A stretch of DNA of 64,000 nt from Malacoraja senta (lineage: Eukaryota). This document shows, piece after piece, positions 1 through 13,204 of the stretch. The translations under genes and the position numbers were made by a program. The stretch is taken from positions 6,076,001 through 6,140,000 of the forward strand of contig CM075989.1 in assembly GCA_038087875.1 (NCBI GenBank). The letters run 5' to 3'. The notes beneath the pieces were generated by a model. It was not told the DNA's origin and searched no databases. It was given only the letters and a program-made list of their open reading frames with translations. The first letter of the stretch is position 1. Each line of letters starts with the position of its first letter.

Positions 1-443
1 GAAAAATAGATCGAAGGGTAGAGCAGACTCAATGGGCCAAATGGCCGATTTCTGTTCACATGTCTTACGATCCTATAATCTTCCAGTACTATTCTGTTCC
101 ATGTTCTGTGTTCTATGGATGGTAGGTAACAAAGTTGCGTGTGATTGTCGGAGCATGCCTCAGTATAATAGGGTTAATATTGACTATGTGCAAAGGTGTA
201 AAATGGCTGCTAATAAGTTGTCAACCCATTTTCCAAACACCCTGATTTTTATTCTTGAGGCAGCCAATAAGTTGATTGTATCTCTATGCATTATTACATG
301 CTGACATGTCCATTCAGAATGGGCTCATCATTTCTATTTTCTCCATAATCTTTCTGTGGAGATGTGAAGTAGAAAGGTGTGGGAGGATGACTGATTGAAA
401 TAGTTTACTCTGTGCAGAAACACAGCCCGGGACTTATATCTCA

Positions 444-755
444 GTGTGAGCACCACCGGAAATTGGAGGAGCAGCCCCTCATATTCCGCTTGGGCAGTCT
501 GCACCCTAGCGGCATAAACATTGACTTCTCCAATTTCCGGTAGCCCTTGCTGTCTCCACCACTTCTCAGCTCTCCCTCAGCCCTCGGGCTCCTCCTCTTC
601 CTTTCTCCTTTCGGGACAAAACCCTTCTTAAAGGGTTTTGGCCCGAAACGTTGCCTATTTCCTTCGCTCCATAGATGCTGCTGCACCCGCTTAGTTTCTC
701 CAGCGCTTTTGTCTACCTTCGATTTTCCAGCATCTGCAGTCCCTTCTTAAACATA
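444..755 (+). mobile_element. Penelope-like element 3' fragment: GIY-YIG endonuclease C-terminus plus rearranged pseudo-LTR
   Basis: 442-543 translates QCEHHRKLEEQPLIFRLGSLHPSGINIDFSNFR*. It is followed by the pLTR unit ending ...ccttcttaaaca. Direct repeat tatatctca at 435-443 and 756-764. Confidence 0.85.
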
Positions 756-968
756 TATATCTCACCGATCCATTGTACGGTACAAATTAATAACGAAATG
801 CACGGTTCATGATTACCCAACAGAGCCAAATAATTACCCTGCCTTGTGTTTTAACTGCAGCTCAATAAATAATGAGTCTGCCTTGTGATGCCAGGACATT
901 GAACTGTGTTGGATCACTACAGTCAGGCATGGTACTGACACTGCACCAGAATGAACACTTGAATCACT

Positions 969-1861
969 GAACACCTCCGCTCAGTCCGCCTAGGCCTAGG
1001 ATTACGCGATCTCCCATTTGCTAAACATTTTAACTCCCCTTCCCATTCCCACACCCACCTTTCCGTCCTGGGCCTCCTCCATTGTCAGAGTGATGCCCAA
1101 TGCAAATTGGAGGAACAGCACCTCATATTTCGCTTGGGCAGCTTACACCCCGGCGGTATGAACATTGACTTCTCTAACTCTTAGTAACACTTGCTTTCCC
1201 TCTCTCTCTGTTGCTCCCCCACCCTAGTTCTCTGACAGGTTCCACTGATTAATTTTACTGATGCTACACCTCATTGTTGCCGTCCCCTCAGCCAACAATG
1301 AACCTTTCTACATTCTCCTTGAGCATCATCTGCTTTATGACAATGGACAATAGGTGCAGGAGTAGGCCATTCGGCCCTTCGAGCCTGCACCGCCATTCAA
1401 TGTGATCATGGCTGATCATCCCCAATCAGTACCCTGTTCCTGCCTTCTCCCCATATACTCTGACTCCGCTATCTTTAAGAGCCCTATCTAACTCTCTCTT
1501 GAAAGTATCAGAGAACCGGCCTCCACCGCCCTCTGAGCCAGAGAATTCCACAGACTCACAACTCTCTGTGAGAAAAAGTGTTTCCTCGTCCCCGTTCTAA
1601 ATGGCTTACCCCTTATTCTTGACCTGTGGCCCCTGGTTCTGGACTCCCCGAACATCGGGAACATGTTTCCTGCCTCTAGCGTGCCCAAACCCGTAACAAT
1701 CTTGTATGTTTCAATAAGATTCCCTCTCATCCTTCTAAACCCCAGAGTGTACAAGCCCAGCCGCTCCATTCTCTCAGCATATGACAGCATTTGATTTGTC
1801 CTTTTCACTCCTTACCCTTCCATATCTCTAGTCTCCCTCTAACCCTGACTCTCATTCTGAA
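969..1861 (+). mobile_element. Penelope-like element fragment (GIY-YIG C-terminal half and 3' region), interrupted by a CR1 tail at ~1339-1786
   Basis: 969-1184 reads EHLRSVRL...PFAKHFNSPSHSH...KLEEQHLIFRLGSLHPGGMNIDFSNS*, typical of PLE endonuclease ends. The pyrimidine-rich 3' region resumes after the CR1 insert. Confidence 0.8.
1339..1786 (-). mobile_element. CR1/HER1-type LINE 3' fragment
   Basis: ORF 1488..1808(-) ERLGLYTL.FRRMRGNLIETYKI...FFSQRVVSLWNSL, then 3' UTR and a (CTATTGT)-type tail. Confidence 0.9.
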
Positions 1862-1989
1862 TCCCTCTCTTCCTTGAAGCCACAATTATGCGGCAGACCT
1901 GCATGTGGACAGCGCATGGCTGCCTCTGGTCTGAACAGTGGCTGTACGGATTGCTTATCTGTAAATGATCAAGGTCCTCTGTAAGCAGA

Positions 1990-2145
1990 TGAAATACACA
2001 AAAAGGTGGAGTAATTCAGCGGGACAGGCAGCATCTCCGGAGAGAAGGAATGGGTGGTGTTTCAGTCTCGACCCAAAACGTCACCCATTCCTTCTCTCCA
2101 GAGATGCTGCCTCTCCCGCTGAGTTACTCCATCGTTTTGTGTCTA
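1990..2145. mobile_element. Fold-back Penelope-derived pLTR unit
   Basis: Two inverted arms of the pLTR unit. 15-bp direct repeat tcctctgtaagcaga at 1975-1989 and 2146-2160. Confidence 0.8.
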
Positions 2146-2409
2146 TCCTCTGTAAGCAGACCGGCCTATCATGGGCTTCAAAGCTTGGAACAGGTAATGA
2201 GGGCTCTTTCTTCAAATCAGTGCAATGTTTCTTCTGTGTCTGTCCTCCTGACACTCGCCGACCCAAAGAGAAGGCAGAGTCACCAGTGGATCACAAATGC
2301 ATGACTGACAAAGGCCTTGTCAACATATGATGACAAACCCTCGCTGCTGATAATGCTGATTTGGTTCAGTTTCTAGTTGAGCGATGCTGCGGGGAAAACG
2401 CACACCTCC

Positions 2410-2678
2410 AGATTCAGAGACAGTTTCTTCCCAGCTTTTATCAGGCAGCTGAACCATCCTACCACAAATAGAGAGAAGTCCTGGCTTACTACCTACTTCA
2501 TTGGTGAGCCTCGGACCATCCTTGATCGGACTTTGCACTAAACGTTATTCCCTTATCATGTGTCTATACACCGTAAATGGCTCGATTGTAATCACGTATT
2601 GTCTTACCGCTGACTGGATAGCATGCAACCAAAGCCTTTCACTGTACCTCGCTACACGCGACCATAAACTAAACTGAA
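2410..2678 (+). mobile_element. Rex1/Babar-type LINE 3' end
   Basis: RFRDSFFPAFIRQLN-like end of ORF, then 3' UTR ending in ...accataaactaaact. Same family lies on the minus strand at ~48935-49190. Confidence 0.7.
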
Positions 2679-2992
2679 ACAGGCCCTTCAGCCCACCGAT
2701 CCAATGGCAGCCAACAATCCCACCACACTAGCATTATCCTACAAACACACTCGGGACCATTTACAATTTTACCAAAACTCCATGACCACATGGGTTTTCT
2801 CCGGGTGCTCTGGTTTCCGCCCACACTCCAAAGACATGCAGGTTTGTAGGTTAATTGGCTTCTGTAAAAATTGTAAAACTGTCCCCAGTGTGTAGGATAG
2901 CGCTGGTGTATAGGGATCGCTGGTCGGTGCAGACTAGGTGGCCGGAAGGGACAGTTTCCGCGACTGTATCTCTAAACTAAATTAACCTAAAC
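2676..2992. mobile_element. Two V-SINE (HE1-like) 3' fragments in opposite orientation
   Basis: V-domain gggttttctccgggtgctc and tail ending ...gtatctctaaactaaa. Confidence 0.75.
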
Positions 2993-3360
2993 CTGTTACA
3001 CTTGAGGGTCCCCTGCTTCTTCCTGCATCAGATTGGCAGCTTCAGACTGAACGATATCTCCGGTGGAACCCCGGGAGGGATGCTTGGTCTCTTGCGAGAG
3101 TTGCCTTAGAAACTGAGAAGCAATCACTTGTATTGATATTTGTACAACGATACTCTATTAATATAACAGCCATCAGTTCTTCCAAAGCCTATCGAGACCA
3201 GCCATTGAGCATAGGACATTGTGATTCCGTATCAGTGTAGCCAGGCGGGCAAAGACAGTAAATAAATTCCATGTTAATTGATCATCATCAACACCATTCA
3301 TTACAATATTGTGGAGTGATGGTTTTACCATAGCAAGCGATTTTGTGTATTTTCTGACAG

Positions 3361-3678
3361 AGTCATAGAGTCATACAGCGTGGAAACAGCCCATCCGGCC
3401 CACACTGACCAATATGTCCCATCTACACTAATCCCACCTGCCTGCGTTTAGTCCATATCCCTCTAAACCTGTCCTATGCATATACCTGTCCAATTGTTTC
3501 TTAACTGTTGCGATAGTCCCTGACTCAACTACCTCCTCCGGCAGTTCGTTCCATACACCCACCACCCTTTGTGTTAAAAAGTTACCCTTCAGTTTCCTAT
3601 TAAATCTTTCCCCCTTAATCTTAAACCTATGTCCTCTAGATCTCGATTCCCCTACTCTGGACAAGAGACTCTGTTTGT
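3361..3678 (-). mobile_element. CR1/HER1 LINE 3' fragment
   Basis: ORF 3428..3664(-) SRGHRFKIKGERF...TQRVVGVWNELPEEVV, with a (CTATGACT) tail. Confidence 0.9.
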
Positions 3679-3983
3679 CTTCCTTATGAATGAAATCAAT
3701 TGTAGAACAGAAACCTGTTCATACAAGGAATGCCTAGTGTCTGTTTCGGGAGAAACAATTGAAAGATGGATGTTGCTCAACGTACGAGGTATATCTGCCC
3801 CACTCCTCATCAAAATAGCTCATGGAATATCCTGTTATAAACAGCTATCCGGACAGAATTATCTGCAGGTCGGGACTACTAACTGTAGTACACTCCTTCA
3901 GTGATGCAGTGGAGCTCCAGTGTGGAATTTGTAGTGACAGGTCTGGATGTGAACTGTGTACAAGAACAGAAATGCCATGGTAA

Positions 3984-4221
3984 AGGGCCTGTCCCACTTT
4001 CACGACCTAATTCACGACCTCTGCCGAGTTTGCCCTTGACTCATACTCGCAGCATGGTCGTCACAAGGTCGTAGGAGGTCGTAGGTAGGTCGTAGGAGGT
4101 CGTGATGCTAGTCGTAGGTACTCGTGGCATCAAGTAGGTCGGGGCGTTTTTTCTAGCCTGATGAAAAATGTCCACGAGTAAAAAAGGTCGTGAATTAGGT
4201 CATGAAAGTGGGACAGGCCCT
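3984..4221. mobile_element. PIF/Harbinger-type MITE
   Basis: TIR AGGGCCTGTCCCACTTTCA(C/T)GACCTAATTCACGACC at both ends. TAA TSD at 3981-3983 and 4222-4224. Confidence 0.85.
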
Positions 4222-4292
4222 TAAATCAAGGAATGGCTAAGACAGAGGAGGAAGGGCTGATGGACAGGATGGATGAAACCAACAGATTTTAA

Positions 4293-4388
4293 AAAAGACA
4301 CAAAGTGTTCGATTAACTCAGCAGGTCAGGCAGCATCTCTGGAGAACAAGGACAGGTAACATCTCGGGTCAGGAACCTTCTTCAGACT
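4293..4388 (-). mobile_element. Penelope-derived pLTR unit (degenerate)
   Basis: Reverse complement of the ctgaagaagg...gatgctgcctgacctgctgagtt unit. Confidence 0.75.
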
Positions 4389-4393
4389 AGATA

Positions 4394-5264
4394 AAGGACA
4401 AAGGACAAAGGAACATTTATTGTCACATACACCAATTTGTGTAGTGACATTTGTCTCGCCATGCAGCACACAGATAAAGATAAGACACAACATTAAAGAA
4501 TTTAACAATAAACATAAAAACATCCCCCCATAATGGTCCCCACTGTGGGGGAAGGCACAAAGTCCAGTCCCATCCCCATGTCCACCCATAGTCGGGCCTA
4601 TTCAGGCCTCCGCAGTCGCCGCTACGGGGCCCGATGTTTCAGGCCCTTCTTCGCCGGGTGATGGTGCTCCGGCGTCGGGAGAACCCTCTCAGTGGCTTTG
4701 GATGCCTGGAACGGGCCGCCTCCTTACCGGAGACCGCGGCTTCTGAAGCCAACAGGCCGCGCTGGATGGAGCTCCACCACTGGCGATCTCGACGAGAGAT
4801 CCCAGGCTCCGGATGTTAACGTCAGCGCCGCAGCTGGCCGCTCCACAGACCGCAGCTCCGCGATGTTCCAATCGCCGGTCCTCAGCTCACCGGAGCTCCA
4901 GCGCAGCGACCCGGGCAAGGCATCGCCCGCTCCTCTCCGCGATAGCGCTCCAGCGCTGCGCCACCGCCGAAGCCGAGGTTCTGGGCGGTCCCCTCAGGAA
5001 ACGCCGCTCCAGGCCCGCTGGTAGGCCGCGAGGACGGGTCGACGGTGCAGCCCGGAGAAAAGCCGCCTCTACGACCAGGTAGGGACCTTGAAAAGCAGTT
5101 TCCCCCTCCCCCCCCCTCACCCACCCACCCACCCACCCCCCCCCCCACATAAAAAAGGCTAGAACTCCAAAAAACAAAAACTCAACTAACTAAAAATTTA
5201 AAAAAGAGAGAAAAAACAGACAGCTGCAGGCTGGGCAGCCATACCATACAGGACGGCGCCCCCT
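4394..5264 (-). mobile_element. GC-rich non-autonomous non-LTR element with Rex1-like tail
   Basis: On the minus strand it starts ggggcgccgtcc...atggctgcc and ends ...gtgacaataaa plus (CCTTTGT)n. CpG-rich interior with no credible protein. Confidence 0.55.
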
Positions 5265-5274
5265 GATAAAAAGG

Positions 5275-5400
5275 GGAAGAAGGGTCTCGACCCGAAACGT
5301 CACCTATCCGTTTTCTCCAGAGATGCTGTCTGACCCGCTGAGTTACTCCAGCATTTTGTGCCTATCTTCTGTTTAAACCAGCATCTGCAGTTCCTTCCTC
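5275..5400 (+). mobile_element. Penelope-derived pLTR monomer
   Basis: gaagaagggtctcgacccgaaacgtcacc...cagttccttcctc. TSD gataaaaagg at 5265-5274 and 5401-5410. Confidence 0.85.
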
Positions 5401-6524
5401 GATAAAAAGGTGTCTTCACCCAAATATATTTCCATAAACTTGGCAGAGATTTTTTCTCTTCATTTTCCAGTACTTCTTTCCTTGGGCCCCTCCAAATGAA
5501 GGTAGAAACTCCTGCCGGACCTAAAACATCTTAGAAAATGAACATTCAACCAGGATTTAAATGGTAGAAAATAGTTTCATGTGTCTGCCACATTCATTAG
5601 CCACTCAACAGATGCCGATAGATATTGGCTCCAAACCAATCCATGCAGGAAAACTACAGTATATTCTCTGTGGTTGAAGTGTTATCCAATAAAATTGCTA
5701 ATATTTAAGACTTAAATTTTGTTTTGGTTTCATCCAATAAAAAACTGAAGAAACACCAAAGAACTACCTGGAAAATCGGTTATTCTTTTCACCAATAAAT
5801 CTTCCTGTTGGCACGAAGTGTCAAGGCCGTAGAATTTTTTTCGCCCTTTCTTTCATTTGCTTCAGGAATGTCTCAGGCAGTTTTCAAAGTGTTCCTCCAG
5901 ACTCCCGGATAATCCCACGGGATTGTGCGATGAACCGACCAGTTGGGACGAAGGAGGAGAAATAGCACAAGAAGATGTCGGAGAGATGCGGGAGAAATTA
6001 GTTCAGTGGGAAGCGGTTCACACTTACGTGAAAGAAAATGACAATTTTGGCCAAGGACTTGATTAAGGTTAAAAACAAAAGAAACGGCCCTTACTTCGTT
6101 TTTTGCCAGTTTCAATTAAGTTGAATGAAGTTTGCTAATAAGAAATGAAAAAAAAATCTCGCCTTGCCAAATACTAATGAAAACTGACCCAACCCTAAAC
6201 AAATATAAAAACCCTAAAAATTTACAGTCTACTAATATTTAATGCTGTGAGTAAGCAGGGATGCAGGAGTTGAGCCGTGGGGAGAGATTAGAGAAACAAT
6301 AGTAGCTTTCTATACAGTCGGGGAGGTTGGGAAGAAGCCAAAGGGAAGTTTTAAGCGCTGTTAATTGTGTGAACAGAGGGAACATTTCTACCATCAGGAG
6401 AGTCATAACCAGAGAGTCATAACGGATAATAAAGGAGCTACCAAGTTTATTGTACGCAGCAAGTTGCTACCACGTTATGGTGGTCGGGGCAATCACTTCC
6501 AATTAGATAGTCAACATCTTTTAT

Positions 6525-7190
6525 TTCCAGAGGGCTAGAATACAAAAAACAGGGATGCAATACTGAGGCTCCATAAGGCACTGGTCAGACCGCAGTTGGG
6601 GTCGTGTGAGCCCCATATCTGAGGAAGGATGTGCTGGCTTTGGAGAGGGTCCAGAGGAGGTTTACGAGAATGATCCCAAGAATGAGTGGGTTAACAGGGT
6701 TAACATATGATGAGCGTTTGACGGCACTGGGCCCGTACCCACTAGAGTTTAGAAGGATGAGGGTGGGGGGGGGGGGGAGGGGGGAGAGTGGGGGGGGGGG
6801 GGGGCGAACCACATTGAAACTTACCGAATAGTGAAAGGTCTGAATAGGGTGGATGTGGAGAGGATGTTTCCACTAGTGGGAGAGTCCAGGACGAGAGGCT
6901 ATAGCCTCAGAATTAAAGGACGTACCTTTAGAAAGATGAGGAGGAATTTCTTCAATCGGGGGTGGTGAATCTGTGGAATTATTTGCTACAGACGGCCGTG
7001 CAGGCCAAGTCAATAGATATTTTTAAGGTGGAGATTGAGAGATTCTTGATTAGCAAGGGTGTCAAAGGTGATGGGGCGAAGGCAGGAGAATGGGGTTGAG
7101 AGGGAAAGATCAGCCAGACACAGACAGAGCAAAGGTGAATAATGAATGGATAGCAGGGGCATGAGGGGATGAATGGCCTCCATTGTTGTA
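6525..7190 (+). mobile_element. CR1/HER1 LINE 3' fragment (decayed)
   Basis: LRKDVLALERVQRRFTRMIP...YDERLTALG motif, followed by 3' UTR. Confidence 0.9.
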
Positions 7191-7619
7191 TGATCCAGTG
7201 ACAATAATTACACCGAAGGGCTTTGATGTAAGTATATTGGTGTGTGTTTATCTGCATGATATGACTTTACCTTGATAAGTATCTCCTCAGCTGAATGCAC
7301 TGATTCCTCTGCTCTGCAGTTAAACCCCACCCTGCTCCAAAACAAATACAGAATAAGTTTGATATTCTATTCCATGCACACCCTGGCACCATGCCTTGCA
7401 ATGAAATTGTGATATTACTGCTGGCTGGTGCAAGGCCAGGAGCATGATTTGAGTTTTATAATTTCAGCAACACATGGGGAGGAATTGAACCTGCAAAATA
7501 CTCATTTCACTTGCAACCTTCATGAGACCTTGCTTGGTGCCTCTGCCTGAGCTGAATGCAAAGCTGCAAAGAATGAGTCTCACCATGGAAAAAAATATTT
7601 TTTTAAATATCTACTAGAA

Positions 7620-9029
<1,410 letters not shown>

Positions 9030-9423
9030 TGAGCATGTTCCCAGGGTTATGCCAGTGTGCGTTCTGCCTCCTCTCTCTGCCCTGTTGCACGGACCCAGTG
9101 AGTCTGGTGTGACAGTGAGCGAGAGCAAAAGCAGAACGAGTTTCAATTATGGAGAACACTTGCGTGGCAAAACAAACCGACAGTGACTGATAGATTTAAT
9201 GACACTGACGAGGTGAGAGGGTTGTGAATGACAGCGAGGGAAGCGATTCCTCTCCCTGCCGTAAGAGCTGCAGCTGTAATTGCCTTTGTGAGGATTAAAC
9301 CAGAATGCATTATAATTAGGAGGAGAAGTGTATCGGGGAGGTGTGAGAACGAGGAGATGGGGCTGCGGGATTAGCAGAGTAACCCAGCCCGTAACCCCAG
9401 CAACCTGCAGCCTCTGCTCTTGA

Positions 9424-9652
9424 GGCCAGCACAGTGGTGCAGCCGGTAGAGCTGCTGCCTCACAGCACCAGAAAGCCGGGTTCGATCCTGACTTTGGCTT
9501 CTGTTGGTGTGGAGTTTGCACGTTCTCCCTACGACCATATGGGTTTCCTCCAGGTACACCGGTTTCCTCCTACACCCCAGGTTTGCAGGTGACTTGGCCT
9601 CTGTAAATATCGTCCCTAGTGTGTAGGGAGTGGATGAAAAAGTGGAATAACA
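9424..9652 (+). mobile_element. V-SINE (HE1-like), 3' end lost at a PLE insertion
   Basis: A box tggtgcagccgg, B box ggttcgatcc, V-domain ggagtttgcacgttctccc. Confidence 0.85.
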
Positions 9653-9654
9653 TG

Positions 9655-9916
9655 GAAGATAGACCCAAATGCTGGAGTAACTCAGCGGGTCAGGCAGCAT
9701 CCCTGGAGAACATGGATAGGTTCCCATTCGGGTCACGATCCTTCTTCAGACTGATTGTAAGGGGACGGAAGGAGGGACGGGACGGGACATAGCCCGCAGG
9801 TAATAGGTGGACACAGGTGAAGGGGGGTTTTGATCGGCAGACGGTTGGACAAAGTGCAGAGATGAAAGAAAGGATGTGAGTAAAGAGGATTGGGAATTGT
9901 GAAGCCAGAGGAAGAA
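9655..9916 (-). mobile_element. Penelope-derived pLTR with upstream 3' region
   Basis: Reverse complement of the pLTR unit plus a purine-rich extension like that at 1190-1340. Confidence 0.7.
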
Positions 9917-9918
9917 AT

Positions 9919-10420
9919 TTAGTTTAGTTAAGTTAAGTTAAGTTAAGTTAAGTTAAGTTAAGTTAAGTTAAGTTAAGTTAAGTTAAGTTAAGTTAAGTTA
10001 AGTTAAGTTAAGTTAAGTTAAGTTAAGTTTAGTTTAGTTTAGTTAAGTTTAGTTAAGTTTAGTTAAGTTTAGTTAAGTTAAGTTTAGTTTAGTTTAGCGT
10101 AGTTTAGTTTAGGTTAGTTTAGCTTAGTTTATAGATACAGTGTGGAATCAGGCCCTTCAGCCTACCGAGTCCACGTCGACCACCAATCGCCCACACACTA
10201 GTTCAATCCACACACTGTACACACACTTGTACAGAGGCCAATCAACCTACAAACCTGTGCGTCCTTGGAGTGTGGGAGGAACCTGGAGCACCCGGAGAAA
10301 ACCCCCGCATCGCAGGGAAAACGTACAAACTCCGTACAGACAGCACCCATAGTTAGGATCAAACTTGGGTCGCTGGTGTTGCTGTACGCAGCAACTCTAC
10401 CGCTGCGCCAACGTGCCACC
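9919..10420 (-). mobile_element. V-SINE with expanded pentamer tail (AAGTT/TAGTT)n at 9919-10130
   Basis: SINE body at 10130-10420. The tail has expanded and mutated from CTAAA to CTTAA units. Confidence 0.9.
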
Positions 10421-10509
10421 CATAGCTCCTCCAGCAATTTGTTTTCTGTTTACCTCAAGATTCCAGCAACAGCAGTCTCACTTGGTGTCTTCAACAGTAC
10501 TTCATCGGA

Positions 10510-10666
10510 GAGAAGGAATGGGTAACATTTCGGGTCGAGACCCTTCTTCAGTCTGACCGGAAACGTCACCCATTCCTTCTCTCCAGAGATGCCGCCTGTC
10601 CCGCTGAGTTACTCCAGCGTTTTGTGTCTATCTTCGGTGTAAACCAGCACCTTCTGTTCCTTCCTG
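10510..10666. mobile_element. Fold-back Penelope-derived pLTR unit
   Basis: Short inverted arm plus forward arm. 18-bp TSD caacagtacttcatcgga at 10492-10509 and 10667-10684. Confidence 0.85.
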
Positions 10667-11064
10667 CAACAGTACTTCATCGGATGTGTCCAGCTCAAGG
10701 TCATTCACACGCTGTGAAAGTTGAAATCTAAATGCAAGCTCTTCCTCGCTGAGAACCACAGACAGAGCCACTGACCTCATCCTGCGCCCGTCCTGACCTT
10801 GATGAGCCCAAACATCCCGCATCCAAGATGAGAAATGATCCGCCAGGTTGCAGCAAACCTGGACTGAAGCTGCACAGCCCAGTTATGAATGGAGAGTGTG
10901 TAGGTGAATTTGGATTCATCTCCACTGGCTCACAAAGGCACGGGTGGCTTTAATTCTCTCAGCTGAACTTTTCTCACGTAAACTCAGAATGCCTTGGTTA
11001 TGTCTCCATTTCCAGGTTATTATTTAAATTCAGATTCAGAAACAGCTTCTTCCCCGCTGGTTTC

Positions 11065-11373
11065 GATTGAATTGATTGAAATATGCAGCGTGGAACCAAG
11101 CCCTTCGGCCCATCGAATCCACACCATGACCCGTTCACACTAGTTCTATGCTATCTCCCTTCTCATATACACTCCCTGCAAACTAGGGGCAATTTACAGA
11201 GGCCAGGTCACCTACAAACTTGTACATCTTTGGGATGTGGGAGGAAACCGGAGCACCCGGCAGAAACCCATGGGAGAACGTGCAAACCCCACAGCGACAG
11301 CACCAGAGGTCAGGATCGAACCGGGGTCTCTGGCGCTGTGAGGTGGCAGCTCTATCAGCTGCATCACCGTGCC
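11065..11373 (-). mobile_element. V-SINE inserted in a Rex1-type 3' end (11030-11660)
   Basis: B-box complement ggatcgaacc and a (GATT)n tail. It is flanked by agattcagaaacagcttcttccc and the continuing Rex1-like UTR. Confidence 0.8.
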
Positions 11374-12277
11374 TTCCTAATCTGTTCTCATTCGATTGTA
11401 CAGACCTCTTGTAAGCTAAGGTCCCAATCTCCCAACCTACCTCATTGCAGCCCTGCACTTTTTTTTATAAAATCTACACTTTCCCTGTAACGGTAACATT
11501 ATATTCTGCACTCTGTTTATGGTCCTCTTTGCACTACCTGTTGTTCTTGTGAAGAGCTCGATTGTACTCATGTACCAATGTGATTTGCCTGGACAGCAAA
11601 TGAAACACAAAATTTCCCACTGTATATTGGTACATCTGACAGCAATACTAACAACAGCAATAACATTGCGAGCTATATTTATATTGATTTCCTTGACTCC
11701 TGTGTTCCAGAGATATTCTCGCCAGCAAGAATGAGTCACGTTGGTAATTTGCGGTGATAATGAAACAATACTGGAAACAAATGTGCTGGTACCATGGTTC
11801 ATTACAGGTGTGTCAAAGGCCAAGGTGAGATGGATATATTGGAATTGAGTGAAGCCACAATCTCGGCTGAAAGTCAGTCGAGGGAAGTGGGATGTGTTGA
11901 CGCGTGATTCCCGATGCCTCAACTCTATTGCCTGCCCTCAACAGTTTCATGGAGCTGGAGCCCGGTTCAATACATGTTAAAGTGGCTGTTGTGCTCCCAT
12001 CGACTGACACGGGTGTTAAACTGCCAGGAGTCTGATTGCTCCTAATTTAGAATGCAACCTGCCTGGTTCTGCTAAGTGTGAAAGATAAGCTAATCGCTGT
12101 CCTTGACAGCTGCTCTGCTCTGAGGGTCACCAGAACTCATCTGTACATCTCCTCTTTCCCTGAGTCTGATGCACTGTAACAGTAGATTCCAACTGTTCGA
12201 TCTAAGTTAGCCTCCGCTGCTGCGTGAGTGATGCCCTTTGGAGTGGGTGTGCTTCACTACTCTCTGCCTCGGCTCCA

Positions 12278-12377
12278 GACACAAAGTGCTGGAGTAACTC
12301 AGCGGGACGGGCAGCATCTCTGGAGAGAAGGAATGGGTGACGTTTCGGGTCGAGACGCTTCTTCGGACTTCTTCAGG
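12278..12377 (-). mobile_element. Penelope-derived pLTR monomer
   Basis: gacacaaagtgctggagtaactcagcggg...gtgacgtttcgggtcgagac. Confidence 0.8.
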
Positions 12378-12490
12378 CAATAGTTTTTTTTATCAGTTTT
12401 AGATGAACGGGGAAAGGAGGGGTCTGAGATGCTCCCACGATGCTGGGATAATCATTCAAAGCAGGAAAAAAGTGCAAGGCACAACGTGCA

Positions 12491-13128
12491 AGGTGGCGCA
12501 ACGGTAGAGTTGCTGCCTTAAAGCCCTGTCCCACGGTACGAGTTCATTCCAAGAGCTATCCCGAGTTAAAAAAAAAATTAAACTCGTGGTAAGCATGGAG
12601 AATGAACGTAGCGGGTACATCGGAGCTCGGGGACGTCTCTTAGCGCTAACGGCAGGTACTCGGGAAGACTCGCTAACAGCAGGTAAGCACGGGAAGACTC
12701 GTGAAGATTTTTCAACATGATGAAAAATATCCACGAGAGCCCCAAGTACCGACGAGTGGCCATTACCGTAAATCTCCGAGTTCGAATCAGGGCAAACTCG
12801 GGAAAGCTCTTGGAATGAACTCGTACCGTGGGACAGGGCTTTTACACCACCAGAGACCCAGGTTTGATCCTGACGATGGATGCTGTCTGTACGGAGTTTG
12901 TACGTTATCCCCGTGATCTGGGTGGTTTTTCTACAGAAGCTCCGTTCTCCTCCCACACTCCCAAGATGAGCAGGTTTTTTAGGTTAGTTGGTTTGTTAAA
13001 ATTGTAAATTGTCCCTGGTGTGTGTAGGATAGTGTTCGTGTGCGGGGATCGCTGGTCGGCGTGGACTCGGTGGGGCCTGAAGGACCTGTTTTCCACGCTG
13101 TCTCTCTAAACCAAACTAAACTAAACCA
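12491..13128 (+). mobile_element. V-SINE split by a Harbinger MITE
   Basis: Head ggtggcgcaacggtagagttgctgcctta resumes at 12842 and ends in (CTAAA)n. Confidence 0.85.
12521..12841. mobile_element. PIF/Harbinger-type MITE (second subfamily)
   Basis: TIR AAGCCCTGTCCCACGGTACGAGTTCATTCCAAGAGCT. TTA TSD at 12518-12520 and 12842-12844. Confidence 0.9.
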
Positions 13129-13204
13129 AAATCTAGACTGCTCAAGCCTAACCTGCCGTTCATTTGGAGCGTGACTAATCTGATCTTGGCCTTAAGGACA
13201 TAGT

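Noticed and set aside
4634..5177. Cluster of overlapping ORFs on both strands
   Set aside because: Arg/Pro/Ala-rich by-product of high GC in a repeat; no domain recognised.
5857..6066. 69-aa acidic ORF as a host exon
   Set aside because: No ATG start, no recognisable homology, no partner exons.
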